DNA of 64,000 nt from NCBI GenBank assembly GCA_965240325.2, contig OZ251234.1, positions 1,364,001 through 1,428,000 on the forward strand, written 5' to 3'. Source of the DNA: Rebecca billardiae RCC1528 (lineage: Eukaryota > Protista > Haptophyta). Position numbers and translations under genes: made by a program. The notes beneath the pieces were generated by a model. That model was not told where the DNA came from, made no database searches, and saw nothing but the letters and a program-made list of their open reading frames with translations. Below, in pieces: positions 12,401-23,154 of this stretch (the first letter of the stretch is position 1; each line of letters starts with the position of its first letter).

Positions 12401-13921
12401 CGCAATCGACGTGCGCGGCGCCTTGTGGGCGCGTGCCCGCGTGTCGTCTGCACGCGCAGGGGCCGTCTCGTCGAGCTCGTCGGCGGCGGCTTCGACGTCG
12501 ACGACCCCGCCGCGCATGGGCGCCTGTGACGAGCGCGCCGCCGGCTCCAGCTGCCGCTTGCCCTCGGCGCCGCTCGGCGAGGGCTGCTTCACGCCGGAGG
12601 CGGCGGCGACTGTCGTGGGCCACTCCCCGCAAGCGCCGGGGCCCGGTCCGTGCGCGCCGCTCGGCGGGTGCCCTGGGGCCGCGCACAGCCGCTTGGCGAG
12701 CTGCGCGGCGATCTCGTCGTGGAGCTCGCCCGACGGCTTGGGCGACAGCGACGGCCAGCTCGTGAGCACGTCGAGCACCTCGACGACCGCCGCATCGCCT
12801 GGGGAGTGCTCGAGCTGCTCGCGCGCCAGATCGAGCGCCATCTGCGGCGCATCGTGCTTGGTGCCGTGGCAGCGCATGCTCGGGTCGGCGCCGTGGCGCA
12901 GGAGCGCGAGGGCCACGCGCGCGGAGCCGCCGATCACCGCCCAGTGCAGCGCGGTGCGCCCGTCCAGGTCGCGCAGGTTCGGGTCGGCCCCCGCCTCGAG
13001 CAGCATGGCCGCCGCCGCGTCCAGGCCGTTCTCAGCCGCCTCCTGCAGCGGAGTCCACTGCCCCTTGCCGCCGCGCGCGTTCACGTCGATGCGCGGGTGG
13101 TGCAGCAGCTCGCGCACGGACGCGGTGTCGCCGAGCGTGAGCGCGAGCATCAGCGGCGTGGCGTTGGTGCTGCTGGACGTCGCGTTCGGGTCGATGCTCG
13201 GGTCCTGCAGCAGAATCGGCAGCACGCGCTGCGTCGCGTCCGTCGCCAGGTTGGAGCGGCGGCCGGTCGTGTGCTGCGCGCGGCGTGAGGCCGCGTGCGA
13301 GGTCGGCGCACGCGCCGCCGAGCTGTGGGCGAGCTGCGCGCTCGCGTGGGCCGAGCGGCGTGCCGCCTGGCGCATGACGTCGTGGTCGCGCTTCACGGCC
13401 TCGGGCAGGGCTGCCGACGCTTTCGCGCCCTGCTCGACCAGCCGGAGGATCATGTCGATGCACGCGCCGTCGCGGATCTGCTGCTTCAGCTTCCACGTGA
13501 GCGAGGCGCAGCGCTTCTCCTCGTGCGCGCGCTGCGCCGTCGACGTCGAAGCCTCGCGATGCATCGGGGCGTCTGGCTGAGCGGCCGCAGGTGCAGCCGT
13601 CGCGCTGCCGCTGGCCGGTGCATCCGCCTCGAGGGGGGCCGCGAGGCCAGCGGGCGCTGCTTCGGCGCCGTGCGCCGCGCGCGAGGGGGATGCAGCAGCT
13701 GGCGCGAGCTCCATGGCGCGAGCTGTCGGGACTAGGCCGACGGCGTCGTCACCGAGCGCGTCGCCGCCAACGCGGGCGTCATCGCCGCCAATGTGGGCGT
13801 CATTGCCGTCGGCCTGTGCCGCCGCCACCGGCTGATGGGGTGCGCTCACCGGCGGCGCGAGCGGCTGCTCGGACGGCCTGCCGTGCGCTGCATCGCAGGG
13901 GGAGCACGGTGCGGCGTCCAT
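9428..13921 (-). CDS. Ankyrin + AP2-like x2 + PHD/extended PHD (PZP) + ankyrin + SET/post-SET protein (G9a/SUV39-like)
   Basis: Ankyrin TPLMLA/TPLQEAA/GRTALHWA; AP2-like SQYKGVHW..PWRAK..YVGRFPTQESAAQA; PHD CSVC..CHGC..HQHC..WYCAPC; ePHD CALCP..AHLMCA..CAIC..HVPC..FCAQH; SET RGFGVRA..YAGEV..FINFSCQPN..GEEL; post-SET CLCRKPGC. First ATG at 13921. Confidence 0.88.
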   Translation of the reverse strand: MDAAPCSPCDAAHGRPSEQPLAPPVSAPHQPVAAAQADGNDAHIGGDDARVGGDALGDDAVGLVPTARAMELAPAAASPSRAAHGAEAAPAGLAAPLEADAPASGSATAAPAAAQPDAPMHREASTSTAQRAHEEKRCASLTWKLKQQIRDGACIDMILRLVEQGAKASAALPEAVKRDHDVMRQAARRSAHASAQLAHSSAARAPTSHAASRRAQHTTGRRSNLATDATQRVLPILLQDPSIDPNATSSSTNATPLMLALTLGDTASVRELLHHPRIDVNARGGKGQWTPLQEAAENGLDAAAAMLLEAGADPNLRDLDGRTALHWAVIGGSARVALALLRHGADPSMRCHGTKHDAPQMALDLAREQLEHSPGDAAVVEVLDVLTSWPSLSPKPSGELHDEIAAQLAKRLCAAPGHPPSGAHGPGPGACGEWPTTVAAASGVKQPSPSGAEGKRQLEPAARSSQAPMRGGVVDVEAAADELDETAPARADDTRARAHKAPRTSIAPSSGAPVAASAVCAAEVEQEADPYNGPSFCGAGEMDEYNSADESEPPAAPLDIRLSPAELDAQRAVCARNKRELGYSSQYKGVHWSQDAADLPPHLPWRAKAGRHHKIYVGRFPTQESAAQAVFAYEEEGVKLSPQQAVARVTQPPRPTPRTEARHSGAVHACADGRGFCSWAQRGDGTVHCLGVFDTEARAAQALVQFGNDLVESRWRTELEEPPPLDGDEALPRGAPDGGAGAGAAGHQHAPRDEAAAAAGGRGGYGGRGRGRGLGRGRGRGRGAGGSALALLASGAAAPAGGAPGAPWAAAALAVPPIHPRRLVSWHFMPDEHEESAMACSVCLDDKSYRGNALVMCHGCGVCVHQHCYGIRAVPREHWYCAPCKDALDTPGVPERTPGSARAERLCALCPLPGGALARVHESEITLGVAQPSAGGAGGGALPYAHLMCAFELKPTHVLAAEDEDAARAQGVREALKESAARPACAICRDARGCTRFCDRDGCRERVHVPCARLRKGFTKISRRRGEDWRFFYFCAQHVPGGEDSDDEDALDGSKLLRAVRARDRPAALELLMSGVSPHCVVEPDPAEPDAPPTALHAAVGQNDVQMVEICLCELENAEQLHAGPAPPEEADDAAEHEGARDACPDAGSPPPRLALQRTSSDLHVFACAVRHYCAEMAALQLPSMLEWAARKAAPDVLLLLLHRHQPPPRLDALRALARELPSDARGAACARVLDIFSRGLQPEAPLGVFLSYELADLSAGAERFPVPVVGVRAGSELERRLRSFAYVRRPLATAHVPKLAQATKTAKSALAQAATLGDHEGGAFIPLGARVEVFDTGDARGFGVRALEPIPKGTTVCCYAGEVISNAEADRRVAEQDGYGMYLMEHSGRTKPSALLIDGERFRNVGGFINFSCQPNLKLTGHMGPTPLRSFPKPPFPTLVATTDIRRGEELGYKRDTMNVGVARRRRRPVADDDDDDDSTANVRCLCRKPGCIGTY

Positions 13922-15320
13922 CGGACCGCCTGCTGTCGCCGCCACGACGTGCGCAACACGCGACACGCGCGCGACGACAGCGCCGAGGCCGCCTGCGCTG
14001 GATCTAGGGCTAGGCGCGGGCGGGGCCCGGTGAACTCAAGCGGAAACAAGGGACAGCGTGCGCGCGGCGTGCGTGCGCGACCCGCCGCACGATTTCAGAT
14101 TGCTTTCCGGATGGATGCCATTTCTTTGGCCTTATAGAAGTTGGAAAGTCGTCCGGCTTCCAACGGGCGGCGCGTGAAGTATCGTCAATCAACCTGAACC
14201 AAGACGACGTTCTAGCTAGACTCTCTAGAGTCACAGGCTACACAGTGCTAGGTAGACGCGGCCACTGTTCAGTCAGTTCGTGCACTGACTGAGACTAGTA
14301 GTGTAGTACGGGCACTAAACCCGTCCAGGAGTGCTCTGACGCAGGAATGTCCTGACCGCCGAGAAGTTGACCGATTCGCGAACAATGTGTCACTGTCAGT
14401 CATCGCCGGGAAGTCCTATACAGTATAACTATGGCACTAATGGCAGCTAAGACAGCTCAGCTAAGTCACAGAGTCGTGGGTGAGGCTGATAAATAATGTA
14501 GCGAATAGTCGTAGTCTGTCCGAGTAGACACGCCGCCCGCGCCTGTCGCTGCGCCGCCTGTCGCTGCGCCGCAGCCGCAGCGCGGCGGACCTGCTGCTCC
14601 GGTCCGTCGCGGGAGGGCTCCGCTAATCTCAACTGTTCTAACGCAACCGAGTCAGTCAGTGCAGCGCTGATCAGAACGTTCGTCTGTCGACTTCGGTCAG
14701 CCTTAATTCGGGCACGGACGAGGCTGCCCCGGGCTGCTGTTCGCGGTCGGCGTCGCCTCGAGACCGTGGCGAGAGTCGTATAAGTCCGCTTACTCGTCCT
14801 AACCGAATAAGAGTCAGGACCGTCGAGCCTAGTAACTCGAGTGATGAAACTGAACGACTTAGAACGACGAGTGTAGTCGAGTTCCGAATGCCACGATGTG
14901 ACGCGCTTGCCTGGCCGTTGGCGTTGTGGCTTGGCGGCTAGTGAGTACTAGTGCAAACATTTGTTATTAAAAAATCATCGGCCGGACGGATACGGAACTA
15001 GCTCGGCCTTATTATTACCGCCGCTTCCGTGTGTCACTCGGACGGCTGCTTACACTGAATCGGCGGGGCGGATTGGAATCCGACTTAATAAACCCGCGGA
15101 CGGCGGAGTGTGCGCGCCCGAATCTGAATGGCATCCCTCTGCCTCCCATCATGATCATCGGCGTCGCGCCCGGTTCTGACGATATGGCCATGAGAACAGA
15201 GATCCAATGAGCTCCATTAACTCGCCAAGACCATGCCACCTGCCGCATCATCGGACGGCCGCCGATCGTGATTGTCGTTGGAGGCGAACGCGGAATGAGA
15301 ATGGTCATGTGCGTGCGGGC

Positions 15321-16175
15321 TTACTTGCCGCCGGGGGTCGCCTTGCTTGAGCCGGATAGGAACGGCTTCTCGCCGAGCAGCAGGCACTTCTCTGCATGCT
15401 GCTGCGCCCACGTCCGTCGCAGCGCGTACTTCTCACGCGCTTTGAGCGAGTCCTGAGGGCGGGCGGGGCGGGCGGGCACGCGCATGGCAAGTCAAGCCGA
15501 GCTCTGGGCGCGCACATGTATCCAAGCGCGCCGTGCACCGGGCGGGCTGTCATAGCGCGAGGCGCACCTGGTCCAGCTTGGCGCGCTGGTACTTGAACGC
15601 CTCGTCCGTGGCGGTTGTGAACCGTTGCTTCACGAACACCGAGCCAGGTGTCGCGAGCGCTGGCGACAGGTCGTTGAGGAGCGACTCTGTGCGCGTGTCG
15701 TGGGTCAGCCGGGAGCTCCGGCTGGACACCACGCGGCGGGCGGATGGGGCGAGTTCGCAAGGGAGTGGGGTTAAACAAACACGCACGGGCGCGCGCGCGA
15801 GCTCGGGGCCGCTGCATGCGCGCGTCACGACCCCTGCGCGCACATGTAGCCAGGCGGCGGCTCCGCGAGCTCCGGCGGCCCCTTGGCGAGGCTCGCAAGC
15901 ACGGTCTGAGGCTGCTGCTTGAGCTTGCGCTCCTCGACGAGCTGTCGTGCGATCGCCTCCTCCTCCGCAAGCTCCTCAGCCGTGGGCTCGAGCGGCTGCT
16001 GTACCTTCCCGCCTTTCCATATCTCCCGCGGTGGGTACTGCCCCTCGTAGTTGGACGCATCCTGCACAAAGCTCGCGCGGTCGCTCTCGCTCAGGTACTT
16101 CAGCGTCCACGCCTCGAGTGTGCGCTCCTCCCTGCGAATTTGCTCGCGCAGCCGCTCCGTCTGGGTGTGATCCAT
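15321..16175 (-). CDS. Hypothetical 3-exon protein (exons 15844-16175, 15568-15721, 15321-15452)
   Basis: Two GT-AG introns join MDHTQTERLREQIRREE..., IRSSRLTHD... and DSLKAREKYALRR...GGK* in frame. Confidence 0.7.
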
Positions 16176-16519
16176 CGCCCCTGTGCAAGCTCCGTGCGCG
16201 CGAGGGCGCCGAGCTGCCACCCGCTGGCCGTGAGGATGGCGATGCCGCGCTCCCGAGCCAGAGCAAGGGAGCAACAGACCGGGCGAAAATCGGAAACGGT
16301 CACCGCCGAATGTCCGGCGGGGCTCCAATAAAAAAGGTGGAGAAAACTGAAAACCTCTCCGGACCTTTTTGCGCGCCACGTGTTATATTAAAACTGTGCC
16401 CTGGCGGGCGGGGGGGGGGTCGGCGGGCCGTGCCAGTGCTGTCGCAATGTTTCCTCTGCGGGTTCGCGTCTTTCCACAGCATTCGCTCGTGGCCGGGTGA
16501 CGGACAGTCGGACCAGTGA

Positions 16520-17299
16520 CACCTGTGAAGTTCTCCCACGCGGTGCGGTACGCGTTCGTGCGCATCAGCGAGGCCCACACACACGAGGGAATGTGCAGCA
16601 CGCGGGGCGGGGCGGGTAGCCCGTTGCTCCGCGCGAGCGCGGGTACGCGCTGTATGTGCCGCATCTCGACCGCGATGGCGTAATCGAGCGCCTCGCCGCC
16701 GACGAAGCCGCCAGAGTAGATCGTGTGCATGTCCTCCTGCCGCCAGCCGAGAGCGGTCGTCGCGAGGACGCTTGCCGATGTCCGCTCCGGGCATGATGGG
16801 CTCGGCGCAGGTCGCGTTGACATCGTACACTGCCGCCAGGCTGAGCACGAGCGCGTTGACGTTCACGCGGTCGTCGCTCTTCGCCTCTTCGACAGGTCTG
16901 GCGCCCGCGTGTTTGGCGGCACGAGGAGCTGTTGGTTGTGCGCGCGCGCGCGCACAGCGACAGCGTGTGCCACTCGCGATCGAGAGTGGGCACGAGCTGC
17001 TCACGCAGGCACACGAATCGCAGCGCATCCGTCACCGGCGTGACGACGTCCGCCTCGTCCCGCAGCGCCTGCGCCATGGACGAGGATGGCGCGTCGATGT
17101 TGCATGCTCGACGATTCATCTCTCTGCGGATGGCATCACGGGCTTGTCTGTGTCGCGCTGCGGCGAGGGTCGCCACCTCGCGAAGACGCGGTTGCTGCCA
17201 CGGCGACAGACCCGGGAGGTGCGTCCGCTGCGCGTCGTACGCCGTTGGCGCTGCGCTTCCGTCGCATTGGTCACCGTCGACGCCATGCAGGCCGGACAT
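16520..17299 (-). pseudogene. Frameshifted ORF remnant with an Ulp1/C48 protease-like segment, likely transposon cargo
   Basis: EDMHTIYSGGFVGGEALDYAIAVEM...PRVLHIPSCVWASLM resembles the Ulp1 N-terminal motifs (WLNDEVINFY / VHxFxxFFxxKL); coding-like pieces lie in different frames. Confidence 0.35.
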
Positions 17300-17378
17300 T
17301 GGCTTCGGCTGAGGGACCGGACCGCGAGCGACGACCTACTCGGGCCGGGGGTTTGGCGGTAAGGATAGACCCCTTCAG

Positions 17379-18110
17379 GCTTGCAAACCAAGCCCCCCAA
17401 AACGGGATGGCGAGCACTGGGCGACGCGTGGGCCCGCCTGCGCAGCGCTCCCAAGGCCGCATGCGGGCGTGACAGCCGTGCGCGGGCACTTTGTGGGGGC
17501 TAGAAGACCCGTAGGCAGCAATCGTGCCGCCTCGCCGACGCCCTCGCCGCCCTCTCCGCGCGCAGAGACCTGCCGGATGGCAAGCGCAGTTCTGGAGAAG
17601 GCCTGTCCGACGAGCGTGATGGGCACGCGTGCGCCCCTGGGGCATTCAAAGGTCGGCTTTTTTGCTTCTGCGAGATGGGCATGGGTGTACTCAATATCAC
17701 TGCTTCGCCGGCAGCCATGCCGACATCGATCAGACCGCACACACACGCTCGACAGCTGGCAGGCCAGCAACCGGTTGAAATGGCGGCGCGCGTGATCACA
17801 AGGCTGTCGGCGAGGAGACCGCAGTGCGAGCCAAAGGAGGGCGCGCAAGACATGCATCTCGGTCGTGAGGCGTGCATGAGCCGCGAGCACGGGCACGACG
17901 TGCACGGCAAAGCCCGTCATGCGCCTCGACGCGCACGCGCCGCGGGGGACGACCGAGGAGGGCGCGCGCAGGCTGGCCTTCTTGGCGGCGGCTGTCCGGG
18001 AGTGCCCGCGCACGCGCAACGCGTATTCAAAGAGCTCCCGGAAGGCATCGACTCCTAAGGGACGGTGCCTTTCGCCGCGCGAGGGGTTTTGGGGGGCTTG
18101 GTTTGCAAGC
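17379..18110. mobile_element. 732-bp non-autonomous TIR element, 25-bp TIR, 5-bp TSD TTCAG
   Basis: GCTTGCAAACCAAGCCCCCCAAAAC and its inverse; TTCAG at 17374-17378 and 18111-18115; empty site confirmed by the uninterrupted copy at 20468-20505. Confidence 0.85.
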
Positions 18111-18228
18111 TTCAGGGACGGTTACGGCAGCCATGCTGACCCAGACCAGCGCAGGTCGTCTCGGGGTACGCTGGTGGCGTCTCTGGATGCCCGGCGAGCA
18201 CCTTGCTGCGGCGTCGACGTGCTAGCCG

Positions 18229-18459
18229 ACGGGCGTTAAGGACTTGTTGAAGGACTTGGCGCCCGTCTCGGAGGTGATCGGCGTTGATGAGCTCGCTGGT
18301 AAGGTGTTCGCCGTCGACGCGAGCATCTGGATCCACCAGCTCGCCGCTGTCCGTGCTGATGTGCTCGATGCGGGTGATTATCCAACGCGGCCTCTTCTTG
18401 TCGCGCGCGCGACGGCCCCATCGCATGGGACTGATTGCATAAGGTTGCCTGCGCGATAG
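18229..18459 (+). pseudogene. XPG/FEN1/EXO1-family nuclease N-terminal domain remnant
   Basis: (ACG in place of ATG)GVKDLLKDLAPVSEVIGVDELAGKVFAVDASIWIHQ matches the XPG_N consensus MGV.GL......AVDASIWIYQ; frame breaks downstream. Confidence 0.75.
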
Positions 18460-21400
18460 TTTTGCGACCGCGTCAGACTCGGCTGCTCGGAGCGATGCTG
18501 CGAACACGTGTGCGCGCCTGTCAACAGCGGGGCAATCCTTCACCACGCGACCCTACTGGTGTCTGCGTGGGAACGATGGCGCAAGGGCAAGACCACACCC
18601 ACCAGTGACATCTGTAGCCTAGCGATCAGCCAGCTGTTCGGCGCGTGCCACGTGGCTGGCGCTGCTGCACCGCGAGCGGCGCGCGGGCTGCGCTGTCACC
18701 GCACGGCAGCAGCTGTGGCTGCGACACACCGGTCGAGCCGCGACAGGGTGCCTGCTGGCCCATGGCTGCGCATGCGCGGATTCGTGCACAGCCACGACAC
18801 GGTATGGCAGGGCCGCTTGATCTGCTCGCGCGAGAGCCTTTGGGTGCCAGCTAGCGGGGGCGCCGCACACGCGCCCGCTCGCGCTGCGCAGCAGACGGGT
18901 GCAGTGTTGCGGGTGCCGAGGGCTGCGCACGCATCGCACGCGTTGCTGTGCGCTGCTCGCGGGTGCTCGTGGGTGCTCGCTCAGGCGCGTGGACCGTCAG
19001 ACCACCCAGCGGCCGACGCGCCTCGTCCGCTGCCGCGAGCAGCCCCGCGCTGGCGACTGGCGGTGCCCGTCTGCAGCAGGTTGGCGGTGCATCGGACGGC
19101 GCGCGCCCGGCGAGTGCCCTCAGCGGCATGCTGCTGGACGGTGCACGCCAGGGTTGGCCCCCACGCGAATATGAATCGCTCCTGGCAGGCTGGTAGCTTT
19201 TAGAGATGGACGACAAACTGCGCCGGGCGGGGCCGCGCTCGGCACCTCGTCCGAGAATCACAGCGTGTCGCCGCACTGCATGTCTCTCACATCCGCACTG
19301 GATCACAGTGCACGGCCGCCTGCGGAGCGCCGCAGACAGCCCTTAGAGCAGTGCGGCAGGTGTTTAACAAAACTGAGCAGAGAGCGCGGCAGCACCGCGC
19401 GCGCGCACGGCGCAAGCAGCACGCGTACTCGCCGGATGCCCTTACCCCCACATGCGCGTGCACGCCCGCAGTGCGGTCTCACTGAGTGACCTAATTCGCG
19501 CCGGAGTGTTAGGCTCCGCGTATACAATGAGCACTACGTAGTTCGGCTGGCACAGGGCAGGCAGCTCCGCTCACGCCTGACGGGCGGTGGTGCCGTGGCG
19601 CGGCGCGGCGTGGCTGAGATTTTGATCAATGATAGGAGTAGGCAGCACGCTGATGCTGCGCCACCGCCGCAGCGGCGTGGAACCCCGCGGTATTACCCAC
19701 ACGAGTGTGCATATTATAATAAGCACAACTACATCACGGCCTGCACAGCAGCAGCGGTAGTGCACCACTCTAGCTGAAGCCGAGTGTGTCACACCGTCTG
19801 TCAAGACTGATGTGTGACGCGCACGACCCCTGAAGTGACGGCACTGACAGTGACTGACGCACACACGACGATGAGTAATAAAATATTCGAGCCGCGCTTT
19901 CGCGGATGCACTGATGATGCTAAGTTGGTGCCACTGAGATCATGAAGCGCGAGGCCCCGTAGCATACCCGCACGAGTGCGCACGAGCTGGCCACGGCTCA
20001 GATTCGAGCTGTCCGTTCGGCCGCACGCTCGCAACGGCAATGGCAGCGCGTGCGGCGGTATAGTGGCCCCAGTGCATGCTACTCGACGGCGCGTGGCGCG
20101 AGAGCGTTGCAACGTACCCGGCGCCACGCACCAGCCGAACTGCCCCCGCCCCCGCACCCGGTCTCACATACCTCGCCCAACCTGACTCCAGTACGCGCCG
20201 TCACGGCCGAACCAAACGGCCGAGCAGCAACTACTGAATGCAGCTGGTCGTGGGTGCGCGTGGTGGTCGAGACGAGCACACTCGAGCGGGATCAGCGGGC
20301 CGGCGGCAGCGCCAACAGTCGCACAAGCATCGACCTGTTCCACAGGGCAGGTCGCCCCCTCGTGGCTTCTGGCTCGGCGAGCTCGGCCGCCGCGCATGCT
20401 CACCCTCATGGCCCCGAGACGCCCAGCGTACCCCGAGACGCTCCTCGAGACGGGCTGCGAACCGACATCAGCATGGCTGCCGTAACCGTCCCTGAAGGGG
20501 TCTATTTTCCGAAAAATCGGCCGCCGGTTTTTCGGAAAATCGCGGGACTGTGGCGGACGCGATCCATGCCGCACGACGGTGATGGCCGCGCCGGGGGAGG
20601 ACGCGGGACCGGAGGTGCAGCAGGCCGCAGCTGCGATTGTTGCGTTGATGGGACGGGCGGCGCGGCGGCCAATGCCCCGGCCCATGATCCGGGCGATACC
20701 CAGATGTCGAGACCGGGGCACAAGTTCCCGAGCGGGTGCCGTAGGAGTATCAGCATCTGCTCACGTAGCGAGCATTGCCCTTATTGGTCTTGTTCGCGCG
20801 GGGATCCATCTGGCCCACAGCTTCGCGATGCTGCGCACTGTGGGCCAGGTGATGCAGGCTTTCCAGATCGCCGAACTCAAGAGGACTGCTCGCACTGCCA
20901 AGGCTTGGGCCTGTACCGCGGTGGTGCTCGGCGGACCTCGGATCCAAAGCCACAGCTGTGGTTTGACCTCGCGGGCGTACATGGCAAGACTGTATGGTCG
21001 CACGGCCATCGATGTGAACGGGTGCACGGCGCCACTCGGCCATGCTTCAACTCGTCTGGGTTGAGCTGAGGGCAATCATTCGTGCCCGGAGCATCTGTCA
21101 GGCGCGCGTGCATGCATGCACGCTGCGCGCCGCGCTGCCGCCCACGGCTACAGCTCCTGTCACCTTAGCAGATATCTAATGTCGACCACCCCTTTGCGCA
21201 TCCTGCAGTAGGCCGTGGCAGGTGGGCCTTCCACAACTGCGCCCATCATCATCATGTCGCCGTGATCATCTGTCAGCAGCTGATCGTCGAGTCGTCTGCA
21301 GCTTGTCACTGTCCGCCCGTCCGGGCCCGGGGCCTCAGGCTCAGGCTGCTTTCGATCGGGCTGGCGCCGAGCTCAAGTGATAATCATCGGCTCACGTGTA

Positions 21401-22764
21401 GTCACATATCCGGCGGCGGATGGCAGCAGTGAGAGAAACAAGTCTCACTCGCAGGCTCAGCTGATGACCGCCGAGACCAGTAGCGCGTCAAAATCGTCAG
21501 AAGTCTTAGTACGCGTAGCATCATCGTCAACGGTCAGCGACTACTCATAGTCATACTGCATCCAGTCGACTCGTCCTCAGCCGCCGGTTGCCCCTAGGAG
21601 CGGGCGCAGCGTCACCCTGGCGCCCTCAACTGCAGGCCAATCGCGTCGGGCGGCAGCGAGGGCAGCATGACGAACGCTGAGTCGACGAGTGCGAGCTTTC
21701 CTGCTGGCGCCTCGCCCGCCGCTCGCCGCCGCAGCACTCGCAGGGATGACTGCCGGCAGCGCGCGCAGCTCTGAGCTCACCGGCGATCAGCGCGCGCAGC
21801 TCATGCGCGCGCTGACCGGTGAGCGTGCCCGCGCCCATCGCGCGGACGAGCGCGGCGTAGGTCGAGAGCAATGCGGCTTTCCGCACGTACGTGTGCGTCG
21901 CCAAGCCGCGCGCGAGCTCGAGCCACACGCCGTGCGCAACGGCAGCTCAACCGCATCACGCGTGAGACGGCACGCGATAGAACGCAGAGGTCGGTGAGGC
22001 TTTCAGAGCGGCGCTCACTGAGGCGGCTTGCGCAGGGCGTAGCTTGGCGAAGCGCTACTGAAAATGAATACCTGCCCCCGAGATGCAAGCCACGACATGT
22101 CTGTCAACTGGGACAGCACACTGAGGGAAGCATCAGCTGCGAGGTCAGGGTGTGCTACTTCCAGACATCTGCCAATCAAAACGCCTCGCGCCCCACCTTC
22201 GTGCCAGCTGGGCGGAGCAGCTAGCAGCAAGAGGTCGCGCAGTACGGTATGGCAGCGTCCACGAACGGCGAGAGGGTCGCCCAACAGCCATGTACTTGGA
22301 TCGACAGCTCGGCGCATGCGTTGAACGATAGGAATTGTCCTCCTGCGTGGACGGCAGCTACGCGCCTGCTTCCCCGCGGCGGGAGCAAGCACGACGGCGG
22401 CGCACGCAACAAGGACCGACACCACGCTCGTGGCAAACGTCTGCCGTCCTCTGCCTCGCCTCTCGCTTCCGAATTGCGGCCGATTCGGCGACGTGCAGAT
22501 GGGCGGCATGGTGCAGTCTCGCGGCCTGGTGAGCCCTGTGAGCCCGCTCCCAAGTACCCGTAAGGTATTGACACATAGGAGCCGGCTTCATAGGCGATTC
22601 GCCTTTGAATAGCAGCTGCCTTCATAGGCGCGCGCTCAAAATAGCGCACGCCGACCAAGCTGAAACGGTTTGTCCCGCGGACAAACCGTTACAAACCTCG
22701 CTACCACCAAACCCCCGGCCCGAGTAGAGTCCGGTGCGCGGATTCCGGCGATCGAGTTCAGAAG

Positions 22765-23154
22765 TATTGTGAAGAGGTTGTGATGGTTGTTGGTGACGCG
22801 GGCGTTTCGCACGGGCTCGTCCGGTCCCGCGCCTGTGGGAGCGGACTGGTGACGGGCGATCGGCACGGTCGAGGGTGAGAGGCGAGAGACGTAGGCGTAT
22901 ACACGAGCACTCAACGACAGCGCGGTCGATGCAGTACCGGCAGCGGCCGCAGCGGCGACGGGCGTAGCACGTGCGAGCGCACGAGGGCGTGAGCTTTTAG
23001 CGTGTCATGTCTAGATCATTGTCGGTTCCGCGCGTCTGGACTGCACAGCGGTCCGGTCTGATCACGTCAGTCCGGTCTGAATCAGGACCGAGTGAAGAAA
23101 GTCGAGAAATAGAAAATCTGGTCGTAGAGGAAGAAATGAATAAACCACACTACA
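22765..23154 (-). repeat. 3' LTR
   Basis: Direct repeat of 25383-25770. Confidence 0.9.

Larger units (their letters stand above)
17365..20505. mobile_element. Decayed TIR element carrying an XPG/EXO1-like remnant; left TIR interrupted by a nested insertion
   Basis: ATAGACCCCTTCAG|GGACGGTTACGGCAGCCATGCTGA (17365-17378 + 18116-18139) is the exact reverse complement of 20468-20505; further similarity inward (GTCTCGGGGTACGCTGG). Confidence 0.6.

Noticed and set aside
21577-22509. Coding-like minus-strand fragments
   Set aside because: No coherent exon structure or recognisable family
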